Of a stretch of DNA of 16,173 nucleotides, positions 5,761 through 15,311 are shown in pieces; position 1 is the stretch's first letter, and each line of letters begins with the position of its first letter. Source of the DNA: a candidate division WOR-3 bacterium (lineage in GTDB: Bacteria; Hydrothermota; Tepidihabitantia; Tepidihabitantales; DTDR01). Both the position numbers and the translations under genes were made by a program. The notes below the pieces were generated by a model. It ran no database searches and was not told the origin of the DNA. It was given only the letters and a program-made list of their open reading frames with translations. The stretch covers positions 1 to 16,173 of the forward strand of contig JBDRVN010000041.1 in the NCBI GenBank assembly GCA_039801885.1, given 5' to 3'.

Positions 5761-8700
5761 AAACTTTCTTATTTACTTCATAGTCTTCAAACTTTATCTT
5801 AATAATATAAATTCCCTTTCTTAATTTGGGTATCTCTTTTGTGCCTTTTTTCTGATAAACAAGATTTCCTAAGAGATTATATATTTTAATTTCTCTTATT
5901 TTTTTACCAATCAGAATAGATTTTTCCGAATTAATTGTCAGAGGATCTTCTTTGGTTAAATTCTCTTTGCCTAAGAGAACATTTTTTCTCGGAAGATATC
6001 GCCAGAACTCATAGGTATTGCTTCCCTTCAAAGCGTAAACTCTCTTGTTTATCTCGTCATAAACTAAGGCACCGCCACTTTTTACTTTCTTATTACTGGG
6101 CGCCAAAGGAATTGGCTCAGCCTCTATCCATTCATTATTTTGAATATCATAATACCAAAATTCATTACAATTACCACCTTTAAAAGCATAAACCTTTTCG
6201 CCATCGCAACAAAGGCTAGCACCATCTTTTGCTTTTTTCTTCTTCAAACTTCTACCAACCAAAGGTAGGCTTTTTCTTATTTCAAAAGAGTCTTTTCTTA
6301 TATCGTAGGCAAAAAACTCATTGGTATTTCCTTTTAAGATATAGATGTAATTACTATCGCTCGTAATCGCACTTCCCTTCTTAAATTTCTTTTCACCCGG
6401 TAGTTCTTTTAAAGTAAGCCAACTATCCTGTTCAATCCAATAGGCATAAAATCCCTTTGTTCCACCTTTTAATAAGATAATATAATTAGTATCTTCTGAT
6501 AGAGGAAAATAGGCTAATCCGGTTCCGCCACTAGGTCCTTTCTTTCCCGGAATATCTTTCTTTCTTTCCCAACTATCAAATTCCGGATAATAACAATAAA
6601 ATTCTTTTGTCTTATTTCCCTTGGTAGCGAAAAGTAAATTATGTTTTTTGTCATAAACTAAGGCACCGCCATCTTTTATATTTTTCCCTTTATCACCGCT
6701 TGGCAAAGGCTTGCCTTCTTTCCAGGTTCCTGTTGAGCAACAATAAATATAAAATTCTCTTGTATTATTTCCTTTAAAAAGAAAGACAAAATTATTACCG
6801 AAAGCCAAAGCACCGCCACCTTTCACTCCTTTATAACCTCCCCTTGGAATATCCCTCAATAATACCCAAGCTTCGTAACTTTCGACAACAAAATTTTGGC
6901 AAAGAGTATCGTTTTCTGGTTCCATATCTCCGTTCAAGATTAGCTGGGCAAGAATTGTAAAACTTCCTTCATATGCCTGCCAAGGCGAAAAACTAACAAT
7001 CTTAATTTCATAAGGTAGCATCTCAACAGAAACGGAATCAAGATATATGGGCAAGTTGTCTTGATAAATCACAATTTTCAACACAATCCAAGTAGAAACA
7101 TTACCAAAATTTTTTATTTCAATTTGCGGAATAATTTCTCCTGCGGATACGGAATCACTGGGTGAAACAATCCTTAATATCCCAACATCCATAACTTTTA
7201 CAAAATGGGTGCTTCTCATTGTATCATTAAAAGGATTAATATCATTATAACAGGAATCAATTAAACATTGCGAACATACATAATCTCTTCTTCCTGGTTG
7301 CCAACTATCAAATTCAACTGATAATGTTTCACCAGCATTAAGGGTAAGTGTTTTCGTTGAGAGATAATCATCACCAATCTTAAAAGATAATTTCAAGTTT
7401 TTATTAACAGTGCCATAATTTTTTATCAAAGCAATAACTGGATAAGTTTTATTAGAATCGCATTCTTCCGGTGGTGAATAAATAGTTATTATCCCACAAT
7501 CATGAACTTGAACCGTAAAGTTTTCTTCCTTCTTATTATTTATTGGTATTTGGTCATTAACTAATCTTGTTGAACAAGTAACAACATATTCTCCCCTTTT
7601 CGCAATCTGCCAATTGGGAAAATCAATTATTCTTACTTCGTTAGGTAAAAGATTCTCCACATAAGTTTCATTTATCCAATAATACTCATCACCGGTAATT
7701 TTTATTGTCGTAAAGAAATTAACCGAAGTATTACCATAATTTTTTACTTTTGCCTGCGGTGTTAAAATGCCTGTGGAGTCAACCTCACCTTTTGGAGTAA
7801 TAATTTCTGTTATCCCAACATCCAATACCCGAACAAACACCGAATCGCGTTTATGATTATTTTCAGGAAAATTATCAGTTACCAGCAATGTGCATTTTAC
7901 TAAATGCTTGCCTCTTTCCTTTGCCTGCCATTCGTTAAAAGAAATTGTTGTTTCTCTTTCGGCTGCTAAATACAGATAAACAGAATCATTATAAAAATCA
8001 CCAATTTTAAATAAAACGCTAAATTCTTGGTCAATATTTCCATAATTTCTTATCTTTGCTTCTGGTATAACAGAAGTACCGGAATCAATAATACCGGTTG
8101 GCGCTAAGATTTCCTTTACTCCGCAATCCCACACACGAACGAAGACGGAATCAATCTGATAATTATTTTCCAAAAATCGGTCATTTACTAACAAACTACA
8201 CTTCACTAAATGTTTTCCCCTTATTGCCGCATACCATTGATTAAAAGATAAAACTGTTTCTCTTTCTGCTGGCAGATTACAAACTAAGGAATCCCAATAG
8301 AAATTGCCAATTTTAAAATAACTCTTAAAATTAACATTAACATTACCGTAATTTTTTAATTTTGCCTTTGGTATAATATTTGTTCCTGAATCAACTGTTC
8401 CTACTGGCTGTAGAATTTCTTTTATCCCGACATCAAAAACTCTCACAAAAACTGAATCAATCCGATAATTATTACTGGGGACAAAATCATTAAAGAGTAA
8501 AGAACATTTTACATTATGCTTTCCTCTTTGAATTGCTAACCATTGATTGAAGGAAAGGGTTGTTTCTTTTCCCGCTGGTAAAATTAAGAAAAGAGAATCC
8601 CGATAATTACTGCCGATTTTAAAGAGAACTCCAATATCTTCATTAGTATTACCATAATTTTTTACCTTTGCCTGCGGAAGATGAGAGGTTCCGGAATCAA

Positions 8701-9544
8701 CGGTACCAGTGGGAGCCAATATAGATACTACGCCCACATCTCTAACTCTGACAAATATCGTTTCTACTTTCCAATCATTATTCGGATTATAATCATTCCG
8801 TAATTGAGTAGAACATTTGACAATCCAGGTCCCTCTTTGTCTCACCTGCCAACTGCTAAAACTTACTTCTCTAACCTGTCCAGGAGAAAGATTGTTTACC
8901 ACTTGGATATTATTATAAAAAGTACCGATCCGCATCCGCACCGTGCAGGTGGTCATAAAGTCACCAAAATTTTTCACTTTTGCTTTTGGTGTTATTGTCG
9001 TTCCGGAATCAAGAATACCTTTCGGAGCAACAATTTCAGTAACACCGACATCGTAACGATAACCATAAACTGTTACATCATCAATATAAACACCTTCGCT
9101 CACATTTACCGAATCAGAAGAAAATCTAAATCTTATTTTGGTTGCGGTATTAGGAATTGGCGACATTACCCTTTGAATAAAACCGCCAACAAAACCATTT
9201 GACTGCCAAAAAGTTATCCATTCGCTACCAGAATAATATTCAAAATATATGTAATCGGAAGAATCCAAATCTTGATAGATATAAAAAACTACTGCACCAC
9301 TGTAAAATCCACTAAGATTTATACTCCTTTCCATCCAGATATTAACATTACTTCGATAAAGACTGTCTTTACTACATTTTGCACTATAAGAAGAAGAATG
9401 ATAACGGGTAGAAACCCTTGTCCAAGTATCTCCCACTCCTCCTAATGTCCAATTTTGGGGGAAATTTGTCATATCATCATACCAAATTAAAACCTGAGAA
9501 AAAGATAAGGAAAGAAAAAGGGTAATTAAAATTATTACTCGCAT
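5747..9544 (-). CDS. Large secreted/surface protein: signal peptide, jelly-roll (MAM-like) domain, 7 CARDB Ig-like repeats, 6-bladed Kelch propeller, T9SS-like CTD
   Basis: Signal MRVIILITLFLSLSFSQ. RFRFSSD..GVYIDDV beta-sandwich. Seven D[VC]G[VI]xxIxxP..KNxG repeats. Six KG-type Kelch blades (e.g. GGAL..KGxxTxEF). C-terminal IYNLLGNLV..KGIYIIK..KKVFIV. SD AGGAGGTG at 9556-9549. Confidence 0.9.
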   Translation of the reverse strand: MRVIILITLFLSLSFSQVLIWYDDMTNFPQNWTLGGVGDTWTRVSTRYHSSSYSAKCSKDSLYRSNVNIWMERSINLSGFYSGAVVFYIYQDLDSSDYIYFEYYSGSEWITFWQSNGFVGGFIQRVMSPIPNTATKIRFRFSSDSVNVSEGVYIDDVTVYGYRYDVGVTEIVAPKGILDSGTTITPKAKVKNFGDFMTTCTVRMRIGTFYNNIQVVNNLSPGQVREVSFSSWQVRQRGTWIVKCSTQLRNDYNPNNDWKVETIFVRVRDVGVVSILAPTGTVDSGTSHLPQAKVKNYGNTNEDIGVLFKIGSNYRDSLFLILPAGKETTLSFNQWLAIQRGKHNVKCSLLFNDFVPSNNYRIDSVFVRVFDVGIKEILQPVGTVDSGTNIIPKAKLKNYGNVNVNFKSYFKIGNFYWDSLVCNLPAERETVLSFNQWYAAIRGKHLVKCSLLVNDRFLENNYQIDSVFVRVWDCGVKEILAPTGIIDSGTSVIPEAKIRNYGNIDQEFSVLFKIGDFYNDSVYLYLAAERETTISFNEWQAKERGKHLVKCTLLVTDNFPENNHKRDSVFVRVLDVGITEIITPKGEVDSTGILTPQAKVKNYGNTSVNFFTTIKITGDEYYWINETYVENLLPNEVRIIDFPNWQIAKRGEYVVTCSTRLVNDQIPINNKKEENFTVQVHDCGIITIYSPPEECDSNKTYPVIALIKNYGTVNKNLKLSFKIGDDYLSTKTLTLNAGETLSVEFDSWQPGRRDYVCSQCLIDSCYNDINPFNDTMRSTHFVKVMDVGILRIVSPSDSVSAGEIIPQIEIKNFGNVSTWIVLKIVIYQDNLPIYLDSVSVEMLPYEIKIVSFSPWQAYEGSFTILAQLILNGDMEPENDTLCQNFVVESYEAWVLLRDIPRGGYKGVKGGGALAFGNNFVFLFKGNNTREFYIYCCSTGTWKEGKPLPSGDKGKNIKDGGALVYDKKHNLLFATKGNKTKEFYCYYPEFDSWERKKDIPGKKGPSGGTGLAYFPLSEDTNYIILLKGGTKGFYAYWIEQDSWLTLKELPGEKKFKKGSAITSDSNYIYILKGNTNEFFAYDIRKDSFEIRKSLPLVGRSLKKKKAKDGASLCCDGEKVYAFKGGNCNEFWYYDIQNNEWIEAEPIPLAPSNKKVKSGGALVYDEINKRVYALKGSNTYEFWRYLPRKNVLLGKENLTKEDPLTINSEKSILIGKKIREIKIYNLLGNLVYQKKGTKEIPKLRKGIYIIKIKFEDYEVNKKVFIVQ
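6880..9052 (-). repeat. Seven tandem CARDB-domain coding repeats (~306-321 nt period)
   Basis: The DVG/DCG repeat starts are at 9052, 8740, 8434, 8128, 7822, 7501 and 7189, giving periods of 312, 306, 306, 306, 321 and 312 nt. Confidence 0.88.
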
Positions 9545-9566
9545 TTTTCACCTCCTAATTTTTTCT

Positions 9567-9599
9567 AATTTAGTTGGCACACCCCCTGCCAACTAAATT
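9567..9599 (-). promoter_or_regulatory. 13-bp perfect stem-loop in the 5' UTR of the CARDB/Kelch gene
   Basis: AATTTAGTTGGCA-GGGGGTG-TGCCAACTAAATT, between the predicted TSS (~9617) and the SD. No U-tract follows on the minus strand. Confidence 0.6.
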
Positions 9600-9623
9600 T
9601 ACACACACCCTTTATTTATAAAT

Positions 9624-9651
9624 ATTATATATAATATTTTAAAAAAGTCAA
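9624..9651 (-). promoter_or_regulatory. Sigma70 promoter of the CARDB/Kelch gene
   Basis: TTGACT (9651-9646)-N16-TATAAT (9629-9624). Confidence 0.7.
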
Positions 9652-9709
9652 GAAAAAATTACTTGATTATCTCTTTATTTTTCAATAACTTAGAATCTTT
9701 TATTAAAGA

Positions 9710-11092
9710 TTATCCTTTAGGGTATAGATATTTTTGAATAAATTCTTCCCTTATTCTTTTTAATTCTTCTTTCGGAATTAATCTTAAAAGTCCCCAACCA
9801 ATATTTAATGTTTCTTCAATACTTCTATTTTCGTATTCACCTTGGCTAACAAATTTTTTTTCAAATTCTTCGGCAAAATGAAGATAAATTTTATCTAATT
9901 CAGTTAATGCTGCCTCTCCTAAAATCACTTCTAATTCTTCGGCTTCTTTACCTTTGGCATAGCAGGCAAACAACTGATTTGCTAAATCAGCGTGGTCTTC
10001 CCTTGTCTTTCCTTTACCAATACCTTTATCCCTTAATCGTGATAAGGAAGGAAGCACATCAATTGGTGGAAAAACTTTTTTCCTTTGTAAACTTCTTGAT
10101 AAAATTATTTGTCCTTCGGTAATATAACCGGTTAAATCAGGAATCGGATGGGTTTTATCATCTTCCGGCATCGTTAATATTGGCATCAAAGTTATTGAAC
10201 CTTTCTTTCCTTTTATCCTTCCGCATCTTTCATAAATTGATGCTAAATCAGTATAAAGATAACCAGGATAACCTCTTCTTCCGGGAACCTCTTTCCTGGC
10301 AGCAGAAATTTCTCTCAAGGCTTCGCAGTAATTGGTCATATCAGTTAAGATAACTAATACATGGATATCTAAATCAAAAGCCAAATATTCCGCAGCAGTT
10401 AAGGTTGCTCTTGGTGTTGCGATTCTTTCAATTGCTGGTTCATCAGCCAGATTTAAGAAAAGGACGCTCCTTTCTAAAGCGCCGCTCTTTTCAAAACTGT
10501 CAATAAAGAAATTTGCTTCTTCAAAGGTTATCCCCATCGCACCAAAAACAACCGCAAATTCTTCTTCTTTTCCTAAAACCCTTGCTTGTCGGGCAATTTG
10601 AGCAGCCAAAAGGTTGTGAGGAAGTCCTGAGCCAGAAAAGATAGGTAATTTTTGACCTCTTACTAAGGTATTTAAACCATCAATAGCGGAGATACCCGTT
10701 TGAATAAACTCATTAGGATATTCTCGGGCATAAGGATTAATTGGTGCACCATTAATATCTCTTTCTATTTCCGGTATAATTTCTGGACCGCCATCCCTTA
10801 CCCTTCCTAAACCATCAAAAATTCTTCCTAAGATATCTTTGGATAATCCAATTTTTATTGTTTCACCAAGAAATCTAATTTTAGTTTCTTCTAAATCAAT
10901 ACCTCTTGTTCCTTCAAACACTTGCACCAATGCCTTATCTTCATAAACTTCTAAAACCTGACCAAATCTCCTTTCCTTTTCACCAACAATAATCTCTACC
11001 AATTCCAAATATTTAGCGCCTTCTACCCCTTTAATTAAAATCAAGGGTCCGGAAATTTCGCTAATCTTTTTGTGATATTTTATTTCAAACAT
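9710..11092 (-). CDS. atpB: V/A-type ATP synthase subunit B
   Basis: [64 protein letters not shown] and [16 protein letters not shown]. Confidence 0.97.
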   Translation of the reverse strand: MFEIKYHKKISEISGPLILIKGVEGAKYLELVEIIVGEKERRFGQVLEVYEDKALVQVFEGTRGIDLEETKIRFLGETIKIGLSKDILGRIFDGLGRVRDGGPEIIPEIERDINGAPINPYAREYPNEFIQTGISAIDGLNTLVRGQKLPIFSGSGLPHNLLAAQIARQARVLGKEEEFAVVFGAMGITFEEANFFIDSFEKSGALERSVLFLNLADEPAIERIATPRATLTAAEYLAFDLDIHVLVILTDMTNYCEALREISAARKEVPGRRGYPGYLYTDLASIYERCGRIKGKKGSITLMPILTMPEDDKTHPIPDLTGYITEGQIILSRSLQRKKVFPPIDVLPSLSRLRDKGIGKGKTREDHADLANQLFACYAKGKEAEELEVILGEAALTELDKIYLHFAEEFEKKFVSQGEYENRSIEETLNIGWGLLRLIPKEELKRIREEFIQKYLYPKG

Positions 11093-12825
11093 TCTTCAAT
11101 CTCCTTTTTAATTTCCGAAAATTCTTTTTCCATTTCTTCTTCTTTTATAAACTTCATTTTGGCAACTCTTTCTCTCACTTTTAATTTTTCAATATCTTCA
11201 ATAGTCACTCTGTTTTCATTTAAGGCTTTTTTTGCTCTCTCATAAAAATAGAGACATATTTTTAACATTTCGTATTGTTTTTTTAAAGAGGTATAGGTAT
11301 CTATTTCTAAAAAAGCATTTTGGTGTAAAAAATCTTCTCTGATAATTCTTGCTGCTTCTAATATCAACCGGTCGGTAGGTGAAAGAGTATCTTTTCCCAC
11401 AAGTCGCACAATCTCTAAAAGTTCAGCCTCTTTTTCTAAGATTGCCATTGCCTCCTTTGCAAGCTCAACAAATTCCGGAGAAACTTTCTTACTTAAATCT
11501 TCTATCAGATCTTGCTGATATAATGAATAAGAATTTAACCAAGAAATTGCTGGAAAATGTCTTTGATAAGCAAGTTTATCTTCTAAAGACCAGAAAACCT
11601 TCACCACCCGCAAAGTTGCCTGAACAACCGGATCACCAAGGTCGCCGCCCGGTGGTGAAACTGAGCCAATTACTGATAAAGCACCTTCTCTTTCTGGTTT
11701 TCCTAATGCCAAAACCCTACCAGCCCTTTCATAAAACTCCGCAATCCTTCTTTGTAAATAAGCCGGATAACCTTCTTCACCAGGCATCTCTTCTAATCTT
11801 CCCGAAATCTCTCTCATTGCCTCTGCCCAGCGAGAAGTAGAGTCGGCTTGTAAAGTTACTGAATAACCCATATCCCGAAAATATTCACCAATCGTAATTC
11901 CGGTATAAACACTTGCTTCTCTTGCCGCTACCGGCATATTAGAGGTATTAGCAATTAATACTGTTCTTTTCATCAAAGGTTCACCGGATTTTGGATCCTT
12001 TAACTGAGGAAATTCTATCAAAACATCAGTCATCTCGTTACCTCGTTCGCCACAACCAATAAAAATAACAATTTCGGCGTCTGCCCATTTAGAAAATTGA
12101 TGTTGAATTACTGTCTTACCGCTACCAAAAGGACCGGGAACACAGGCAGTGCCGCCTTTGGCGATTGGGAAAAAAGTATCAACGACTCTTTGTCCAGTGG
12201 CTAAAATTTCTTTGGGAGGCAATTTGTTTTGATAAGGTCTTTCTTTTCTTACGGGCCATTTATGATATAATTTTAAATCAATTATTTTATCTTTTGTTTT
12301 TATCTTACCGATCGGATCTTCAATTGTAAATTCTCCTTCTTTTAATTCAGTAAGTTCACCCTTAATATCCGGTGGTATCATTATTTTATGAATAACTAAA
12401 TCAGTTTCTCTTACTTCACCAACAATATCACCACCAGAAACATCTAAAGGTGGTTTTACCAAAGGTTTAAAATACCATTTCTTTTCTCTATCTAAAGCAG
12501 GAATTAAAATACCCCGAGTAATAAAATCACCAGCGAGCATTCTTATCTCATCAAGAGGTCTTTGGATACCGTCATAAATTGAAGAAATAAGTCCAGGACC
12601 AAGCTCAACCATTAAAGGTTGATAAGTCGGAAAAACTGGATCGTTTACACCAAGACCAGCAGTATCTTCATAAACTTGAATATAGGTTAAATCACCAGAA
12701 AGGGCAATAATTTCGCCAATCAATTTCTCTTCGCCCACATAACAAACATCATACATCCTGGCACCTTCTAATCCCTTACAAACAACCAAGGGACCAGATA
12801 CTTTATATATTCTTCCTACTTTCAT
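11080..12825 (-). CDS. atpA: V/A-type ATP synthase subunit A (catalytic)
   Basis: Walker [41 protein letters not shown] and [12 protein letters not shown]. 581 aa, no intein. Confidence 0.97.
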   Translation of the reverse strand: MKVGRIYKVSGPLVVCKGLEGARMYDVCYVGEEKLIGEIIALSGDLTYIQVYEDTAGLGVNDPVFPTYQPLMVELGPGLISSIYDGIQRPLDEIRMLAGDFITRGILIPALDREKKWYFKPLVKPPLDVSGGDIVGEVRETDLVIHKIMIPPDIKGELTELKEGEFTIEDPIGKIKTKDKIIDLKLYHKWPVRKERPYQNKLPPKEILATGQRVVDTFFPIAKGGTACVPGPFGSGKTVIQHQFSKWADAEIVIFIGCGERGNEMTDVLIEFPQLKDPKSGEPLMKRTVLIANTSNMPVAAREASVYTGITIGEYFRDMGYSVTLQADSTSRWAEAMREISGRLEEMPGEEGYPAYLQRRIAEFYERAGRVLALGKPEREGALSVIGSVSPPGGDLGDPVVQATLRVVKVFWSLEDKLAYQRHFPAISWLNSYSLYQQDLIEDLSKKVSPEFVELAKEAMAILEKEAELLEIVRLVGKDTLSPTDRLILEAARIIREDFLHQNAFLEIDTYTSLKKQYEMLKICLYFYERAKKALNENRVTIEDIEKLKVRERVAKMKFIKEEEMEKEFSEIKKEIEECLK

Positions 12826-13153
12826 AATCTTCTTTAAAAATATCGGTTCCTAACGCCCTTTTTAATAATTCTCTTATTCTCAAATCTTCAATACTCTCTT
12901 CTTTTGTTGCTAAACTAATAAATAATGGATAAGAAGCTTGTTCATACTGCTTAATAATTCCCAAAATTGCCGAATAGATTTCCGGTGTAAAAAAGATTAT
13001 TTTATAACCCTCTTTTATTTTCTCTTCCAATAATTCTTTTACCAATTCCTTTTTTGTTTGTAAAACATCAATACCATAAAGATTAAAAATTTTCAAAAAG
13101 TCTTCTTCACCAATTACTAAAACTTTTAAATTACCAAAAGTTTCGCTACCCAT
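12803..13153 (-). CDS. atpF: V/A-type ATP synthase subunit F
   Basis: KVLVIGEEDFLKIFNLYGI N-terminus and LKRALGTDI C-terminus, with the expected size and position between C and A. Confidence 0.85.
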   Translation of the reverse strand: MGSETFGNLKVLVIGEEDFLKIFNLYGIDVLQTKKELVKELLEEKIKEGYKIIFFTPEIYSAILGIIKQYEQASYPLFISLATKEESIEDLRIRELLKRALGTDIFKEDYESRKNI

Positions 13154-14121
13154 TCTTTTGGCAACTTTTCTTTTATTTTTAAATAATAAATTTTAGAAAG
13201 ATTATCAATCTCATTATCTCTTTGCCAGTAATAAGCACATAACAATTCGCAACTGAAAATTAAATATTTAGTAAAATTGGTTAGAGATAATAACCTTTTT
13301 CTAAAAAGATTTTCTAACAAAAGAAAGTTTCCTTCTTTTTCATAATCAATTATGCCTTCTTTTATTATTAGAGAATAATCTCCTTTAAATAAAAGAGAAA
13401 TCTTTTCCCAATCAGTTTTCAAAATCTCATAATAAAAGGGAAAATCATAAAAAGAATAAGGTAGTAAATGGAAATAAAAATCTTTTTCTAAAATATCTAC
13501 TCCTTTTCTTTTTATCCGGAAACTGGTTAAAAGATTTTTCTGGGTAGCCTTCTCTCGAAAGTAAAGTTTTAAAAACTCACTATTTTGGGTATATTCATAA
13601 GCTAAAGAGAACATCTTTTTGTCTAAAAAGATATCTAAAAGATTTAGATTTTTTACTTCTTCAAAATAAGAAAATGTTTCTTTTATTAATTCTTTTATTT
13701 TTAATAAATATTCGTTTTCAATTTTTATTTGAAAGATATTTTTCAAAATATTTATGGGAATTGCTGAAAAACGTGAGAAATATAAAGAAAAATCCTTTTT
13801 CAAAATCTCTCCTTTTAAATAAAGTTTAAGATTGTGTAAATCATACTCAAAAAGAATTGTGTAATAGAGCCAATCGTCTAAAGAATAATTTTTAAAAAAT
13901 TGATAATTTTCCAGTTGGGCATTCCATAAAACTATTGAAATTTCTTCGGCTAAAAATTTTTGATAACTTGTCTCTTTTAAATAATCTAAAAAAGATTTTT
14001 CATCTTCTCTATTTAGTAAATTTTCAAAATCCTCTTTTTTCAAAAGTTCTTTCTCCCGAAAACGAATCCGACCAGAAACAAAAGCATATTTGGAATCTTC
14101 TCTGAATTTAACTGGTTCCAT
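13126..14121 (-). CDS. atpC: V/A-type ATP synthase subunit C
   Basis: YAFVSGRIRFREKELL..LKETSY N-terminus, YDLHNLK, and YYWQRDNEIDNL C-terminal motif. 331 aa, upstream of F-A-B. Confidence 0.85.
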   Translation of the reverse strand: MEPVKFREDSKYAFVSGRIRFREKELLKKEDFENLLNREDEKSFLDYLKETSYQKFLAEEISIVLWNAQLENYQFFKNYSLDDWLYYTILFEYDLHNLKLYLKGEILKKDFSLYFSRFSAIPINILKNIFQIKIENEYLLKIKELIKETFSYFEEVKNLNLLDIFLDKKMFSLAYEYTQNSEFLKLYFREKATQKNLLTSFRIKRKGVDILEKDFYFHLLPYSFYDFPFYYEILKTDWEKISLLFKGDYSLIIKEGIIDYEKEGNFLLLENLFRKRLLSLTNFTKYLIFSCELLCAYYWQRDNEIDNLSKIYYLKIKEKLPKEWVAKLLVI

Positions 14122-14130
14122 TAGATTGAT

Positions 14131-14158
14131 ATTATAACAATTTACTTCTAAAAATCAA
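14131..14158 (-). promoter_or_regulatory. Sigma70 promoter (extended -10) for the C-F-A-B operon
   Basis: TTGATT (14158-14153)-N16-TATAAT (14136-14131) with a TGn extension. The ATG is 9 nt downstream of the -10 box and there is no SD. Confidence 0.65.
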
Positions 14159-14167
14159 TTTTTTTAT

Positions 14168-14173
14168 TATAAT
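14168..14173 (+). promoter_or_regulatory. -10 element for a leaderless thiL transcript
   Basis: TATAAT 5 nt upstream of ATG 14179. No SD, and the -35 box is unclear. Confidence 0.55.
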
Positions 14174-14178
14174 TTAGT

Positions 14179-15096
14179 ATGCTTTGGAGCGAACTTAAAG
14201 CAATTGAATTCTTAAAAAATTTAAGCAATAAAATTGGTGATGATTGTGCTGTTTTAGAAAAAGGAATAATTGTTACCACTGATGCCTTTATTGAAGGTAC
14301 CCATTTTGAATTAAAATATTTCTCCTTTTCTGATATCGCCAAAAAAAGTTTTTCTGCTACCCTTTCGGATATTGCGGCAATGGCTGGAATACCAAAATAT
14401 CTTTTTATTGCCTTTTTATATCCTTCCTATTTAAAAGAGAAAGATTTTAAAGAAATTTATAATACCTATAAAAATTTGGCGAAAAAATATAAAGTAGAAA
14501 TTGCCGGTGGTGATATTGTAAAGAGCGAGAAATTGGGAATAGTTTTAACCTGCCTTGGTTATGCTAAAAAACCGATTTTAAGAAGCACTGCTAAAATTGG
14601 TGATAAGGTTTATCTTACTGGTTTTCTTGCCCTTTCGGAAACCGGTCGATTGGCATTGAAATATAATTTAGATAGAAAGAAATTTAAATGGGCAATAAAA
14701 AAACATTTAAACCCTGAACCAAGAATTAAATTGGCACAAGAATTAAAAAATAAAATAAATTCCTTAATTGATACTTCTGATGGCCTTGCTTGCGACACCT
14801 ACAATTTGGCAAATGTTAGTAAAGTAAAAATTGAAATTGATTTTAATAAATTACCAATCGCCGAAGAGACATATTTATTATGTAAAAAATTGAATTTAGA
14901 TTTAAAAGAATTTATCCTAAAAAGTGGCGAAGATTTTGAATTGCTTTTTACTGCCAATAGAAAGATTCCCAAAGAAATAGATAAAATAAAAATAAGTGAA
15001 ATTGGTGTTGTAAAAAAAGGGAGAGGCGTTTATTTAATAAAAGAAAATAAGAAAGAAAAAATTTTTCCAATTGGTTATCAGCATATTGGAGAATAA
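14179..15096 (+). CDS. thiL: Thiamine-monophosphate kinase
   Basis: IGDDCAV, TTDAFIEGTHF, LSDIAAMAG, GGD, IDTSDGL, GEDFELLFT and C-terminal GYQH. Confidence 0.95.
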   Translation: MLWSELKAIEFLKNLSNKIGDDCAVLEKGIIVTTDAFIEGTHFELKYFSFSDIAKKSFSATLSDIAAMAGIPKYLFIAFLYPSYLKEKDFKEIYNTYKNLAKKYKVEIAGGDIVKSEKLGIVLTCLGYAKKPILRSTAKIGDKVYLTGFLALSETGRLALKYNLDRKKFKWAIKKHLNPEPRIKLAQELKNKINSLIDTSDGLACDTYNLANVSKVKIEIDFNKLPIAEETYLLCKKLNLDLKEFILKSGEDFELLFTANRKIPKEIDKIKISEIGVVKKGRGVYLIKENKKEKIFPIGYQHIGE

Positions 15097-15234
15097 ACGG
15101 CATTTATACCCAAAAATTTAAACTATCCGCAATTTTAGGCAAGATATAAAGAATACGCTCTTCTAATCAATTTCTTTATTTATAATTCTTTTACGCATCT
15201 TACTTATTATATTTTTAACTACCTTCACTTTTGA

Positions 15235-15275
15235 GAAAATAAAAAGGGCGAGAAAAACCTCGCCCTTCCTTTTAT
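15235..15275 (-). terminator. Rho-independent terminator, probably bidirectional
   Basis: 9-bp stem AAGGGCGAG (15244-15252) / CTCGCCCTT (15259-15267). The minus strand continues TTTATTTTC and the plus strand continues CCTTTTATT. It lies between convergent genes. Confidence 0.85.
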
Positions 15276-15311
15276 TAATTATTATTAATTATTAATTTTC
15301 AACTTTTTGTT

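Noticed and set aside
6880-9052. Tandem repeats as a CRISPR array or DGR template/variable repeats
   Set aside because: They are in-frame, diverged protein-domain repeats of ~306 nt. There is no spacer structure, no near-identical pair differing only at adenines, and no reverse transcriptase or cas gene.
5935-9202. Plus-strand ORFs 5935..6183 and 8804..9202
   Set aside because: Antisense to the well-supported 1265-aa gene, with no recognisable protein features.
9907-11840. Plus-strand ORFs 9907..10122, 10332..10601 and 11379..11840
   Set aside because: Antisense shadows of the highly conserved ATPase A and B genes.
11080-12825. Intein in ATPase subunit A
   Set aside because: The protein has normal length and continuous sequence around the P-loop.
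14122-14178. TPP riboswitch upstream of thiL
   Set aside because: Only 57 bp of A/T-rich sequence, with no room for an aptamer and no conserved CTGAGA motif.
14148-14798. Minus-strand ORFs 14148..14342 and 14610..14798
   Set aside because: Antisense shadows of thiL.
15097-15300. Possible IS end or sORF after thiL, and a TTATTAATTA micro-repeat near 15272-15296
   Set aside because: No matching inverted repeat or transposase remnant, only an 11-codon ORF without an SD. The micro-repeat is low-complexity A/T sequence.
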